From Chiloscyllium plagiosum (Eukaryota): DNA of 64,000 bases. Below are positions 26,430 to 40,445 of the stretch, in pieces; positions within the stretch are counted from its first letter, which is position 1, and every line of letters starts with the position of its first letter. The stretch spans positions 8,538,494 through 8,602,493 of the forward strand of contig NC_057718.1 in NCBI RefSeq assembly GCF_004010195.1, read 5' to 3'. The notes below the pieces were generated by a model that saw only the letters and a program-made list of their open reading frames with translations, searched no databases and had not been told where the DNA came from. The translations under genes and the position numbers were made by a program.

Positions 26430-27350
26430 AATTTTAAAGAAAAACATTGGATGCTAGAGAGCTGAACTTAAGACAGAAATTGCGGAAGAAACTCAGCATG
26501 CCTGCTAGCGTCTGTAGAGAGAAAGCAGAGTTAACATTTCGGGTCCAGTGATATTCTCTGGAGCATAGGAGACTGAGGGGTGACCTTATAAAGGTTTATA
26601 AAATCATGAGGAGCATGGATAGGGTAAATAGACAACATCTTTTCCCTGGGGTGGGGGGTGAGTCCAAAACTCAAGGGCATAGGTTTAAGGTGAGAGGGGA
26701 AACATTTAAAAGGGACCTAAGGGGTAACCTTTTCATGCAGAGGGTATTGCGTGTATGGAATGAGCTGCCAGAGGAAGTGGTGGAGGCTGATACAATTACA
26801 ATGTTTAAAAGGCATCTGGATGAGTATATGAATAGGAAGGATATAGAGGGTTATCGGCAAAATGCTGGCCAATGGAACTAGATTAATTTAAGATACCTGG
26901 TCAGCATGGACGAGTTGGTCCAAAAGGTCTGTTTCCATGCTGTACATCTCTATGAGTCTTGATACCCTTTTTCAGAACTGATTGTAGCTAGGAAAAAGAT
27001 AGTATATATGCTGGAGATGGAGTTGGGAGAACGGTGAGGAGTAAATAATGGTGGAGATGGAGCCCAGAGAGTGAGAACAGCAGTTGGGTAATTGTCTGCC
27101 TGGGAAAATCAATGCCTGCTAATGGGGACCATTTGTAGCTGACAATGGTTTATGGTAGCAGGCCCATGACCTGACAAGGCCTAGTTTATGGTGGTTGGGG
27201 GAATGACATGGGAGAAGCTGCTCAGGCCCTGAAATAAATGAATTCATGATTGAGTCCTGAAGGATGCAGGGTCACCAAAGTGAAATGCTGATCTTCCAGC
27301 TTGCACTGAGCTTCACTGGAGCACTGCAGCAAGCCCAAGACAGAGGTGTT
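26430..27350 (-). mobile_element. Old Neptune-type PLE (GIY-YIG C-terminus and 3' end) interrupted by a CR1
   Basis: PLE end at 26430-26555 resumes at ~26965; the reverse strand near 27240-27340 resembles GLLQCSSEAQCKLEDQHF..TLHPSGLN. Confidence 0.65.
26558..26962 (+). mobile_element. CR1 LINE 3' end
   Basis: ORF 26606-26881 RSMDRVNRQHLFPG...DLRGNLFMQRVLRVWNELP. Confidence 0.95.
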
Positions 27351-28879
27351 TGTTACTCCTGATGGACTGAGGTTAAATAGCAGCCTGGTCCCAACTCAAA
27401 GGCTGTTATTACATGACTAAAAGAAATGCCTACTGCACACAGCATTGCAGAACTAGTCACTCTGACAGGCCCACAAACATCCAGAATTTCAGGATGATGA
27501 CCTGAATAATGAGCGGGCATTTTCTGATGACTCACAGAGCACTCTGCCAAGTTTGGGAGAAAACATGGAGAACTCCAATTCTCTACCTCCTCCGCGACAG
27601 TTGGGAATAAGACCAGGTCACCTCTGTGAGTCAGAAATAAAGACAGCAACTTGGGAAGATAAAGGGTTAAACAAATAAATTGTAGGTTTAGGACAAGGGG
27701 TGGGATTTAAACCAGAGATGAGGAAACATTACTTCTCTCAAAAGGTCACGAATCTCTATAATTCCTTCCCCCAAGAATGTGGCAATGTCAGGGGACTGAA
27801 TAACTTTAAGGAGGAAACAAATTTTTAATTAGTAACAGCTTCAAGGGGTTGGAGAGCTGCAGAAAAGTGGTGTTGAGACTGAGATGAGATCAACCACTAT
27901 CGTAGTGAATGGTACAACAAGTGTAAATGACTGAATTGCCTGCTCCTGCTCACAGTCCTTATGCCTTTTAATAGTGTGCGTCAGGGGTCATCATAACAAC
28001 AGAATCTGTTGAGAGTTGGTTCAAGGTGAAGCTTTCGGCTGAGTCTTGACCTGTATCTGGTTGGAAGACAATGTTCAACATAAAAGGTAACATTTACCAA
28101 CATCCTAGTCTCCTGCAGTCTCTATCGATCCAAACCAACTAATTCCAAACCACCCTAAGATCCATATCAATTATAATATAGATTGTTGACTAAACAGCCA
28201 CTTGGTTGTAGCAAAACATTATTGTTCAAACATTACCGCAGAAATAAAGAATGCTGATAATGAAACCCACATCCTGAGAAATGAAATTAAAATACCTTCC
28301 AACGTGGTCGAACTAGCACTTGTATCATAAAAGGTCATGGATTCTGATGGGATTAATGTTCATGTTACATTAGCTCCGCCCTTTAGTACTGATCTCACAC
28401 ACACAGTTCATGGGTCGAGACAAGGAATTCTTCTCCAATTCTGAGCAGCAAGGAAATGTATGTGTATCAGCTCGCAAAAGTCTTTGTCATTATTTCTGAC
28501 AAATGTAATTGTACACCTTACTATCAGGCTATAAACCTTCTTGTTATGCTAAGGACTTTGACCCTTTTGTAGACATTCTGTGGTGAAAGACAGTATAAAA
28601 TAGGGAGGACAATTCTAAATGTAGGAAGAGCAGAGGGACCTAAGTGTTTATGTGCTTAGATCATTGACAGTGACAAGACAGGTGAAGAGAGCAGGAAGTA
28701 AAGCATACAGGTGATGATATCAATGTGAGGATTGTCCACTGACACACTGGGGCTCTTTTACCCTGCCCCTCGAACAGGATATGGATTAATTGGCAGACTT
28801 AGTTAGGACAAAGCAGCCCACTTGTTTTGCACCACATTCACAAGCATCCATGTGTTGGTGGTGGAGTGCAAGATGCAGT

Positions 28880-29180
28880 GCAGCACCTTCCAAACCCGTG
28901 ACCACTTCCATCTAGAAGGACAAGAGCAGCTGGAATGTGGGAACACCACCCCCTGCAGATTCCCCTCCAAGCCACTCACCATCCTGGCTTGGAAAAATAT
29001 CGCTGCTTCTTCAGTGTCACTGGGTCAAAGTTCCCTTTCTAATGGCATTGAGTTTACCAATAGCACATGCACTGCAGCGGTTCAGAAGGCAGATCACCAT
29101 CACTTTCTTGCGAGAACTACAGATGGGCAATAAATCCTGTCCAGCCAGCAAAGCCGTCATCCCTCAAGTGAATATGTAAA
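28880..29180 (+). mobile_element. Jockey-group LINE 3' end (same family as 3985-4162)
   Basis: GGGAACACCACCCCCTGCAGATTCCCCTCCAAGCCACTCACCATCCTG...CTGCAGCGGTTCAGAAGGCAG. Confidence 0.7.
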
Positions 29181-30674
29181 ATTTCAAACATCGTAACACC
29201 CCTTTGCTCAATGAGAACTAATTTTAATTAAAATGAACATGGAGGAAGTTATTGGAAGTCCTTGAAAGAACACTTCTTGGCCTCAGTGTTGCCTTTAATT
29301 GGCATCTATACTTACAACTGCCAAATGTCAATATATTAGCCCATAATCCCGACAAGCTGATGCTAGGGATGTGGGTTTCAATCCCACTATAAAAACCTGG
29401 AATTAAAAACTGTCCCTAAGTTTGGCCACGTAATCATTGTTGTAAAAATCCATTTGGTTTTTATTACCATTGTCAGTTGTTGGGAAACCATCTGGTTCAC
29501 TAATATCCATTAGGGAAGGAAACTGCAGTCCATTACCTGGTCTGTGAGTCCAGACCCACTGCAATCTTAACTGCCTTCTGGACAATTGGAGACAGACAAT
29601 CAATGCTGGCCTAGCCAGTGATGACAACATCCTGTGACAAACCCATCCTACCCTTGTCCACACGTTGAAAGAACTTGCCACATAATCTGCGTCTTCCCCC
29701 TTCGCCTCTCCCCTGCACTTTCCCCCTTACACTGCTAATGCTTGTTCATGTGAAATTTCCTACCACCACCCGCTTTGATGGTACATTCTAGAGAACTTCC
29801 TGAGGAAATTCATAGTTGCCGTTCATAAGCGAGACCATGTCAGAGATAATAGATGCCTGTCAGAGAATTGGAAAATAGTGATTGCAGGCTCTGACAGCAT
29901 TTTGTTCCCCCCGAGTTGATGTGGAATTCTTCAACTTGCTGAGGTAACTACCGCTGTGAAGATTAATAGGAGCCAGATCCAATTTTGTTTAAAACTCTTT
30001 AGTGAATGACGCAAAACCAGAAAGAAGATTGATTTTATGTAGTAAACTCTGAAGGTATATCAAATCTCTGACATAACAAGATTCCTTTTCTCTTTTACAG
30101 TGAATTACAGGTTCACTGCTTTGTATAAATTTCAGAATCAATTTAAAACAGACCATACATCATTGCTGTTTTCCCTTTGAGAAGCTGGGTTGTTACTCTG
30201 ATGACTCTGTAAGAATTATGGAAAACGTTAAGTAGCTTAGGCATGAAGCAGCTCTGTAAAAGGCCATTTCTGTCACTTTTATCAAGAGTCACATTGTTAA
30301 TGGCCCAGTGAAATTCTATTTGCCTCTCTGTGTGAGGAGACCTCTGGAGGAACTGTCTGAGAGATGGGATTAGGGTTACCAGCACGTCCAGGTGTAAGTG
30401 GTTGGATGACGGGGGTTATTGCGTTTCTGCTGTGGCTCAATCAGGGCTACTCTTGCCCTTGCCTCAGTAGATCATGGGTTCAAGACCCAGTCCAGAGAGT
30501 CAAATGCAAAGCTGACCATCCACGGCCACACTGGGTAACTGCTGTACTGCTGATGGAACCTTTCTCCTCTGGTTGATCTCTGCCAATTCAGAAAAATATC
30601 CCTTGATGCAATGTTTCTCCCTCAATCAACATTGCAAAAAACATGCCTCTTGGGAATGATGACTTTGCAGCTTA

Positions 30675-31140
30675 TAGTCGTAGAGATGTACAGCACAGAA
30701 ACAGACCCTTCGGTCCAACTCGTCCATGCCGACCAGATATCCCAACCAATCTAGTCCCACCTGCCAGCAGCCGGATCATATCCCTCCAAACTGTTCCTAT
30801 TTATATAGCCATCCAGATGCTTTTAAATGCTGCAATTTTACCAGCCTCCACCACTTCCTCTGGCAGCTCATTCCATACAAGTACCACCATCTGCGTGAAA
30901 AAGTTGCCCCTTAGATCTCTTTTAAATATTTTCCCTTTCACCCTAAACCTATGCCCTCTCGTTCTAGACTCGCCCACCCCAGGGAAAAGACTTTGTCTAT
31001 TTATCCTATCCATGCCCCTCATGATTTTGTAAACCTCTATAAGGTCAGCCCTCAGCCTCCAACGCTCCAGGGAAAACAGCCCCAGCCTGTTCAGCCTCTC
31101 CCCATAGCTCAAATCCTCCAACCCTGGCAACATCCTTGCA
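30675..31140 (-). mobile_element. CR1 LINE 3' end
   Basis: ORF 30801-31160 RMLPGLEDLSYGERLNRLGLFSLE...VWNELPEEVV. Confidence 0.95.
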
Positions 31141-31350
31141 AAGGATCTTGCAGTGCACACATCAGCTGTTACATTGCAACAGTGATGACAATTCAGAAGT
31201 ACTCTGCTGGCTCTAAATCACGTATGGACTACCTAAAGGTATGAAAGGCACAGTAAAAATGGAGGTTTGTTTTTAATCAAGGCCACTGCACACCTCTTGG
31301 TTTTCACTACGATTCAGCCAAAGTCTTTGCTTTGTGTGCCACCACCTAAA

Positions 31351-31550
31351 TGGATCACTTTTCCCCAATTGTGTCTGAAAACTTCCTCCAGAAAGACTGT
31401 ATTTGGGTGACAGGCCCAGGACTAGTGAAGAGCCTGTGCCCGAAACATCGATTCTCCTGCTCCTCGGATGCTGCCTGACCTGCTGTGCTTTTCCAGTGCC
31501 ACACGTTTCGACCCTGATCTCCAGCATTTGCAGTCCTCACTTTCTCCTAG
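31351..31550 (+). repeat. Unique flank plus PLE 3' end; likely donor of the copy at 32733-32916
   Basis: 31351-31534 is near-identical to 32733-32916 (184 bp). Confidence 0.9.
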
Positions 31551-32379
31551 GACTGCATGATGTAGATTATGATGATAACAATGTGAGGACATACAGGGTC
31601 TATTTTATCATGCCCTTCTAACAGTGTGCATTCCTTGGCAGCATTAGACTAAAGTTATGCATAGAAAATGGGTCAGACCTCAGACATGCAAAGTCAGATT
31701 TTAAAACAATTAACAAAGAAAGACGGACAACAATAAGTACTGATTTCGTACGTCCAACCAGCTCCTAATACCTCCCCCTTCCTATTCCACCACCAGTCAT
31801 CTAATCCTAACTTTACTGAGTCAGCCATAATGATACAGTGGCTACAGGAGCAGGTCAGTGTTGTATAAGACAGCTGGTATGATAAGGGCAACTGTGAAGC
31901 TGTACATAGTTGTGTCTACTGAGATTTGGTTGACTGTTTCTTCACATAGCTAGGAAGAGTTCTAGTCAATTCTGGTATGATCTAGTTGGTTAATGGGATT
32001 TGGCTAACTCGTTTGGCTGGATGGCTAGTTTGCCGAAGTGGGGCCAACAATGTGGGTTCAATTCTTGTCTCAGGTCCCACCTTCTCAACCTCTCTTCTTG
32101 CCTGAGATTCTCAAGTCAAACAACAGCCAGTCCTCTCTCTCTCTCTCTCTCTCCAATGAAACAGTAGGATCATTGTGACTTTAAGTTTATTAGTCCGACT
32201 TCCACTATTAATAACACGCAACCTGAAATAGCCTGGATATCTCTGTAGCTTTCTGTTTTACTGTCATGAAATGTATCATTCCCATTGCTCAAGACTGAGC
32301 CTCCTCTACCAAACACTTGTCTGCTCATCCTTTACCACTCAACACTAACAAAGGGGATTAGTGTCGACAGTTTATTGTA

Positions 32380-33355
32380 TTCAGTCATGGGATGTGAGTA
32401 TCTCTTCCTGGCTGGGTCAGCATTGATTTCCAATCCCAAGTTGCGTGTTCAGTCATGGGATGTGAGTATCTCTTCCTGGCTGGGTCAGCATTGATTTCCA
32501 ATCCCAAGTTGCCCTTGAGAAGGTGGTGGTGAGTTATGGAGTCCATTTGATCCAGGTACAATCACAATGCCATTTGGGGCGTTTTTGCAGGATTTTGACC
32601 CAGCAACATTAAAGGAATGACATTTGTTTCTAAGTCAGTCAGGTGGGATGGCTTGGAGGGGAACTTGCAGAGGGTGGTGTTCCCATGTATCTGCTGCCCT
32701 GATCCTTTTAGATGGATGTGGTTGTGGATTTGTGGATCAATTTTCCCCAATTATGTCTGAAAACTTCCTCCAGAAAGACTGCATTTGGGTGACAGGCCCA
32801 GGACTAGTGAAGGGCCTGTGCCCGAAACATCGATTCTCCTGCTCCTCGGATGCATCCTGACCTGCTGTGCTTTTCCAGTGCCACCCGTTTCGACCCTGAT
32901 CTCCAGCATCTGCAGTTCGGATCTTCAGTAAATTTCTGCAGTGCACCGTGTAAATAGTACACTTAACTGCTACTAGGCATCGATGGTGGAGGGCGTGGAT
33001 GTTTGTGGATGTGGTACCAATCAAGTGGGCTGCTTTGTCCTGGATGATGTCAGGCTTCTTGAGTGTTGTTGGATCTGCACCCATCCAGGCAAGTGGGGAG
33101 TATTCAATCACACTCCTGACTTGTGTCCTGTAGAAGAAGAACAGGCTTTGAGGAGTCAGGAGATGTTTTTTTCCTTGCTGAATTATAGTTTCTGACATAC
33201 TCCTATAGCCACAGTATTTATATGGCTAGTCGAGTTTACATTCTGGCCAATGGAATCTCCCAGGATGCTGAGAGTGGGATACTCAATTTCATTACAAGTC
33301 AAAGGACAATAGTTAAATTCTCTCTTGTTAAAAGTGGCTATTGCCTGCCACTGAC
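32380..33355 (-). mobile_element. Jockey-group LINE ORF2 C-terminus and 3' UTR, with a 65-bp tandem duplication and a 184-bp insert
   Basis: YRTQVRSVIEYSPLAWMGA.PTTLKKPDIIQDKAAHLIG...LHHR (ORF 32737-33198); duplicate 32380-32444 / 32448-32512. Confidence 0.8.
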
Positions 33356-33847
33356 ATAGGAACACAGGGACAGGAGTAGGCTATTCAGCCTGTCAAGCCC
33401 ATTCCAGCATTCAATGAGATCCTGGCTAATCTGTGGTGTAACTCCAAATACCTTCCATTTGCCAATATCCCTCAATACCTTTGCTTAACAAAAATGTTTC
33501 AGTCTTAGCTTTAAAACTAACAACTGTCCTAGCATCCGTTGGCATTTGTGGAAGAGAGTACCAAACCTCTACCACCCTTTGTGCGTCGAAGTGCTGTCGG
33601 ATATCTCTCCTGAACTTGTGTGGTGTGAAAGTTACTTGCACTTGTCAGTCCAAATCTGAATATTGTCCAGGTCTTGCTCCAGATGGACATAGAATACTTC
33701 AGTAGCTGAGGCGTGCGACCAAAACAGATCCTTTCAGAACTACCCACCGGCCGTGTGTATGTCTTACAACAGTCAGAGAGTAGGAGTCCTGAGGAGTCAT
33801 GGGGTTTGATTGTCAACATTCCTCCCAATTGTAACACATTTATGGGC

Positions 33848-34515
33848 CACAAGTCAGGAGTGTGATGGGATACTCCCCATTTGACTGCATGGGTGCAATT
33901 CCAACAACACCCAAGAAAGTTGACGCCATCCTGGACAAAACAGCCTACTTAATTGGCACCTTAAAATCCCTCCAGTACCAGCATGCAATAGTTAGACAGT
34001 GTACCATGTATAAAATCTACCAACAATTTGTCAAGGCTTCCACAATAGCACCTTCCACACCTACAGTCTGTACCATCTAGAAGAACAAAGTTACTGGATG
34101 CATTGGAATAGAACCAGATGAGAGCACAATTATATAAAAGACGTCTGGACAGGTACATGCATAGGAAAGGTTTATAGAGGGATATGGGCCAAACACAGGG
34201 CAAATGGGAATAGTTGAGTTTAGGAAACCTGGTTGGTATGGGTGAGTTGGGTCAAAGGGTCTGCTGTATGACACTATTAATTCCAAGCCACACACTACCT
34301 GACCTCTACTCACTATCCACGTTATATGACCGTTCGTTCACTGTCACTGGCTCAAAATCTGGAGCTCCCTCGCTGCAGCCCAATGAGGGGTACCTTTATC
34401 AAGTGGGCTGCAGTAGTTCAAGTGAGCTACTCGCCACCATCTTCTCAATGGGACATTAAAGGGTCAGCAGTAAGATTGACCCAAACAGTGATGTCTCTGT
34501 CCCATGAATGAATGA
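33848..34515 (+). mobile_element. Jockey-group LINE 3' part interrupted by a CR1 tail (~34130-34272)
   Basis: MGYSPFDCMGAIPTTPKKVDAILDKTAYLIG; family tail ends AATGAATGAA. Confidence 0.7.
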
Positions 34516-35768
34516 AGAAATTCTCCAAAAGACACAAAAGAAAATCCCAGGTACAATAAAAGAAAAAAATACTCTTGAAAATCATTCAAGTAATGGAAAC
34601 CTCATCAGAAGATTACAAGAATGGTGCGTTATTTAATAACCAATTACTCATGTGTCAGCGTCCCCAACAAATGGAAAACAAATTGGAAGTGATGAATAAA
34701 AGTGACTTCTGAATTCTTTCTTACTTCCTGAAGCTGTGCAGAACACAGTGATTTACTCTTGATGGTTTGCATTGCAGGTGGCAGTTATGTAAGATGCAGC
34801 TTTGAGGTCACTGAAGACTCATACTCCTCAGTCAATGACTGTGGAACCTGTCCTTAGAATGCTATTTGTATTGTACTTGCATTTCTGAGAGATGATAGGC
34901 TAGCATAATCACTGTTGTCAAGGTAACAGATGTGGGCAGTAATTTCTAATGCCTGAGAACACACACATTACAAGCCAAAGTAAACTGCTTGCCCAATCTA
35001 AGGACAAAGAGACATTCAGAAAGGCAGCCATTAACTTTCTCAGCATCAGCGTAAATGCATACAGAAAAACATCCAATGTACGCAGTAACACTGCCAGGAA
35101 AAGATATCAAATCTATCAATTGCGGTAGTCATGATTTGGAGATGCCAGTACTGGACTGGAGTGGACAAAGTTAAAAATCACACAACACCAGGCTATAGAC
35201 CAACAGGTTAATTTGGAAGCACTAGCTTTCAAAGCGCTCTGACAGCTAGTACTTCCAAATAAACCTGTTGGTCTATAACCAGCCATTGTGATAGGGTTTT
35301 GATTCGGGAGATACATTTCTACAGCAACACCAGAGGATGTCCCAATGCACTTTACACCCAGTTAAGTAGACTTCAAGTGATGTGGTAAACATGTCAGTCA
35401 CTCTGTGCACAGCAAGCTCCCACAAACAGCATTGGGATAATGAACACATCATCTGTTGTGCTCTCAATCTCAAGTCAAACCCCATGGCTCGTTCTCGAAT
35501 AGTATGAACTGCGTGTTTTATGTTCAGCTGAGAGGATAGATAGATCTCAATCAGAAAATTGAGGCAGTTTTGAACTTGTAGGCCTGAATCCGCATCTGCA
35601 CAGGGTGTTTAGCTTGAAGTGTGCGTTCCATCCCTGACGTGGGACTTAAACAACAACATCAAACTCAGGGAAGCTCCTCAGGCCTCTTGATTGAGGTGGG
35701 TACTGTGTCTACATCGGCACTGTACGGTGAAGGACAGAAATAGGCCAGCCATACCTTCACGTCTTAAT

Positions 35769-36160
35769 AATGTGTTGCTGGAAAAGCGCAGCAGGTCAGG
35801 CAGCATCAAAGGAGAAGGAGAATCGACGTTTCGGGCATAAGCCCTTCTTCAGGAATGAGGAGGGTGTGCCAAGAAGGCTAAGATAAAAAGTAGGGAGGAG
35901 GGACTTTGGGGAGGGTTCCTAGGCGGAAGATGAGTCGCTCTTCCTCCAGGTGTCATGTTGCCATGGTCTGGCGATGGAGGAGGCCAAGGACTTGCATGTC
36001 CTTGGCGGAGTGGGAGGGGGAGTTAAAGTGTTCAGCCACGGGGCGGTTGGGTTGGTTGGTGTGGGTATCCCAGAGGTGTTCTCTGAAACGTTCCGCAAGT
36101 AGGCGGCCTGTCTCCCCAATGTATAGGAGGCCACATCATGTGCAGCAGATGTAGTAAATA
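35769..36160 (-). mobile_element. Penelope-like element, Neptune-type GIY-YIG endonuclease plus 3' end
   Basis: Reverse strand IYYICCT*CGLLYIGETGRLLAERFREHL..VAEHFNSPSHS..MQVLGL..LEEERLIFRLGTL, joined to the CTGAAGA hammerhead end. Confidence 0.9.
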
Positions 36161-36307
36161 CCTTCAAGTCTGTCCTGCCAGTCAATGGGATCATGGTGGT
36201 CCAACAATCTTTAATTCCACTTTCTTGTATTTAATCCATAACACTTGATTCTCTTACTGATAAAAAATCTGGCTAACTCAATCTTGAATATACACATATT
36301 ATATATA

Positions 36308-36518
36308 CAGGTCATTCTGCTTTAGCACGCGTTTTGTTAACATGAATTCACTGTAACACGACTAACAAATTGGGGACACTGTTCCTAAAGTGTGAACTGT
36401 TAAAGTATTGTAACATGATTCCGGCCACATTAATTTAAATGGTGCTGCTATTACGTGATTTTCTTGTAACACAGGATTGCATGAGATCAGAACGACCATG
36501 TTATAGCAGAACCAACTG
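36308..36518. mobile_element. Tc1/pogo (Tigger-like) MITE
   Basis: TA|CAGGTCATTCTGCTTTAGCACG ... CATGTTATAGCAGAACCAACTG|TA: imperfect TIRs with TA TSD. Confidence 0.75.
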
Positions 36519-37249
36519 TAATAGTGCAGCCTGTACACTGCACTGTGGTAAAGAAGTCCGCAGACTCACTACGCTCTGAGAGAAGAAATTCCTCCTCATT
36601 TCTATCTCGAAAGGGTGACCCCTTACTCTGAGATCATGCCCACTGGTCGGACACTTTCTCACAAAGGGAAGCAATCTCTCCATACCTACCCTGTCAAATC
36701 CCCTAAATGTATTGCATGTTTCAATAACTTCTAAATGCCGTTGAGTACAGGTCCTGATGAAGAGCTTTTGCCCGAAATGTTGATTCTTCTGCTCCTCAGA
36801 TGCTGCCTGACTTGCTGTGCTTTTCCAGCGCCACATTCTCAACTACAGGCCCAGCCTACTCCACGTCTCCTTGTAAGACAGTCACTCCATTCCAGAGTAA
36901 AACAAGAACACAGGTGCTGAAAATCTGAAACAAAAACAGAACTGTTGGTGAAACTAAGCAAGTCTGGCAGCATCTGTAGACAGAAAAGAGTTAATGCATC
37001 GAGTTCAGAGTGACCCTATCAATCTCATGAATCTTCTGTAAACTGCTTCTAATGCAAATACATCTTTCCTTAAATAAGTGAGGGGGTGGTGCGGGGTGGA
37101 GATGGTCATATTACTCCAGCTGTGATCTGACTAGTGTCTTGTAAAAGTTTAGTAAGACCTCCTTATTTTTATACTCAATTCCCCCTGAAATACGTCCTGG
37201 CTCAAAGCCAAATTCAAACCCAATTTGATGCTGGCCCTGACCCAATGTA

Positions 37250-40200
37250 GGGGCTGTATTATAGGCCTCCCAACAGCAAGCATGAGATAGAGGGGCAAAT
37301 ATGTAGAGAGATCATGGAAAGGTGTAGAAGCAACAGGGTGGAGGTGATGGGAGACTTTAATTTTCCTAACATTGACTGGGATTCACTTAGTGTTAGAGGT
37401 TTGGATGGAGCAGAATTTGTAAGGAGGGTTTTCTAGAGCACTGTGTAAATAGTCCAACTCGGGAAGGGGCCATACTGGACCTGGTGTTGGGAAATGAGGC
37501 CGGCCAGGTGTTTGAAGTTTCATTAGGGGATTACTTTGGAAATAGTGATCACAATTCCATAAGTTTTAGAATACTCATGGATAAAGATGAGAGTGGTCCT
37601 AAAGAAAGAGCGCTAAGTTGGGATAAGGCCAACTATACCAAAATTTGGCTGGAGCTGGGGAATGTAGATTGGGACCATGCGTTTGAAGGGAAATCCGCAT
37701 TGGATATGTGAGAGGCTTTTAAAGAGAGGTTGATTAGAGTGCAGGAGAGATATGTGTTATGAAGATGTTGAAGTATACTGTACCTTTAAGAGAGTTGAAG
37801 GACTTAGCAAGGACACTGAGTGCTGGAGAATTTACAACGTAACATTTGGTCCAGCAGCTAGTACTGGCTGAGTTGCTATGAGACAAAAACAAATTTGGAT
37901 TCAGCCAATCAGTTTAAATTAAAACCCAAAAAAAAAACAACCTCCAATCAAGTTTGAATCTAGTATATTGACCATATTAAAAACCAATGAAACAATCCAA
38001 TGCATTGGGGCATAAGACCGGGAAAAAATGAGCAGTTGAGGGGAGAACTGCCAAAAGACCAATAGATGTAGGCTGTTGGTGAGAACTCTCTGAGAGGTAC
38101 CTGTCTAGAGAATAAGTTTGCACAGAGAAAAAAACTCAACACCAACCTGGAGAGCAAGTCTACAGGGGAAGGTCCAAAGAGAAGATTCGACAGTGGGCTG
38201 GTTTTGAAATTTGGATTTTTCGGTAAATCTTAATTGGGGGTTTTATTGGACTAGTATAGTAAAGGGAGAAGTAAAAGATAGATTAGAGAAAGGAGTTGCA
38301 AATAGTTGCCAGTTAATTAATCTCTGTTAGACTTTTTAAAAAGGATGTCGCTAATTTTTACTTTAAATCATGACCTTTGGGATAATTCTTGCCATCTCGA
38401 ATTTTAACAGATTACAGCATGGGTTAAATCATTCCTGGTTTGCAGGTTTAAATTACCAGGGGGGATGTAACATATGTTCCTGTGAAAATGAGGGATAGAA
38501 ATAGCAAGATTAATGAACCATGGATGACAGGTGAAATTGTGAGATCTGTTAAGAGGGAAAAGGATGCATACATAAGGTCTAGGTGACTGAAGACAGACGA
38601 GCTTTGGAAGAAAATTGGGAATTAGGACCAATCTGAAATGATGAATTAAGAGGGCTAAAAGGGTTTTGAGATATCCTTAGCGAGCAGGATTAAGGAAAAC
38701 TCTAAAGCCTTTTATTCGTATTTAAAGGGCAGAGGATAACTAGGGAAAGGGTTGGCCCACTCAAGGACAAAGGAGGAAAGATATGCGTGGAGTCAGAGAA
38801 AATGGGTGAGATTCTTAATGAGTACTTTGCTGAGGAGAGGGACATGTCGGATGTTGAGGTTAGATTGATTACTCTAGGTCAAGTTGGCATAAGGAAGGAG
38901 GAAGTGTTAGGTATTCTATAAGGCATTAACATGGATAAGTCCTCAGGACCAGGTAGAATCGATCTCTGGTTTCTGAGAGAAGCAAGAGAGGAAATAGCTG
39001 AGGCTTTAACAGGTATCTTTGCAGCATCCTTGAACACAGGGGAGGTCCCAGAGGACTGGGGAATTGCTAATGTTGTCCCCTTGTTTAAGAAGGGGAGCAG
39101 GGATAATCCAGGAAACTATAGACCGGTGAGCAGGCTGGAGGAGATACTGAGAGATAGGAATATATACCCATTTAGAAGAAAATGGGCTTATCAGTGATAG
39201 GCAGCATGGTTTAGTGCAGGGAAGGTCATGTCTTACCAACCTAATAGAATTCTTTAAAGAGGTGATGAAGTTGATTAATGAGGGAAGGGATATACATATC
39301 ATATACATGTATTTAGTAAGGCATTTGATAAGGCTGATGAAGAAGGTGAAGTCGCATGGAGTCCAGGGTGCACTAGCTAGATGGATAGAGAACTGGTTGG
39401 GCAACAGAAAACAGAGAGTGATCGAGGAAGGGAGCTTCTCAAAATGTAGACCTGTGACCAGTGGTGTTCCACAGGGACCCATGCTGGGACCACTGTTGTT
39501 TGTGATATACGTAAATGATTTGGAGGACAGTGTAGGTTGCCTCATTTGCAAGTTTGTAGATGACAATAAGATTGGTGGAGTAGCAGATAGTGAAGGGGAC
39601 TGTCAGAAAATACAGCAGAATATAGATAGATTGCAAAGTTAGAAAGAGAAAGGGCAGATGGAGTTCAAGCTGGACATATGCGAGGTAATGCATTTTGGAG
39701 ATCCAATTCAAGAGCGAACTACACTGTAAGTGGAAAAGTTCTGGGGAAAATTGATGTACAGAGAGATCTGGGTGTTCAGGTCCATTGTTCCCTGAAGGCA
39801 GCAACGCAGGTCAACAGTGGTCAAGAGGGCATACAGCTTGCTTTCCTTCATTGGACGGGATATTGAGTACAAGAGTTGGCAGGTCATGTTACAGTTGTAT
39901 AGGACTTTGGTTTGGCCATATTTGGAATACTGCGTATAGTTCTGGTCGCCACATTACCAAAAGGATGTGAATGCTTTGGAGAGGGTGCAGAGGAGTTTCA
40001 CCAGGATGTTGCCTGATATGGAGGCTAGCTATGAGGAGAGGTTGAGTAGATTAGGATTATTTCCATTGGAAAGACGAAGGTTGAGGGGGGACCGGATGAG
40101 GTCTACAAGATCATGGAAAGTGTAGACAGGGTGGATAGCAAGAAAGATTTTCCCAGAGTGGAGGACTCAATTACTAGGGGTCATGAATTCAAAGTGAGAG

Positions 40201-40445
40201 GGAAAAGGTTTAAGGAAGATATATATGGAAAGTTCTTTACGCAGAGGGTGGTGGGTGCCTGGAATGCGTTGCCAACAGAGGTGATAAAGGTGGGAACGAT
40301 AGCATCATTAAAGATGTATCTGGACAGATACATGAATGGGCAGGGAACACATTGATACAGATCCTTAGGAAATAGGTGGCTGATTTGATAGGGGATCTGG
40401 CTTGGAAGGCCGAAAGGCCTATTCCTGTCCTGTAATTTTGTTTGC
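37250..40445 (+). mobile_element. Near full-length CR1 ORF2 (endonuclease, RT, 3' UTR), frameshifted and interrupted by a solo LTR
   Basis: YRPPN..MGDFNFPNIDW, SDHN, ANVVPLFKKG..PGNYRPVS, GRSCLTNL, SGVPQG, KFVDD and FFTQRVVGAWN motifs in order. Confidence 0.95.
37755..38472. mobile_element. Solo LTR (718 bp) with 4-bp TSD
   Basis: TATG|TGTTA...TAACA|TATG; the CR1 reading context rejoins across it. Confidence 0.85.
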
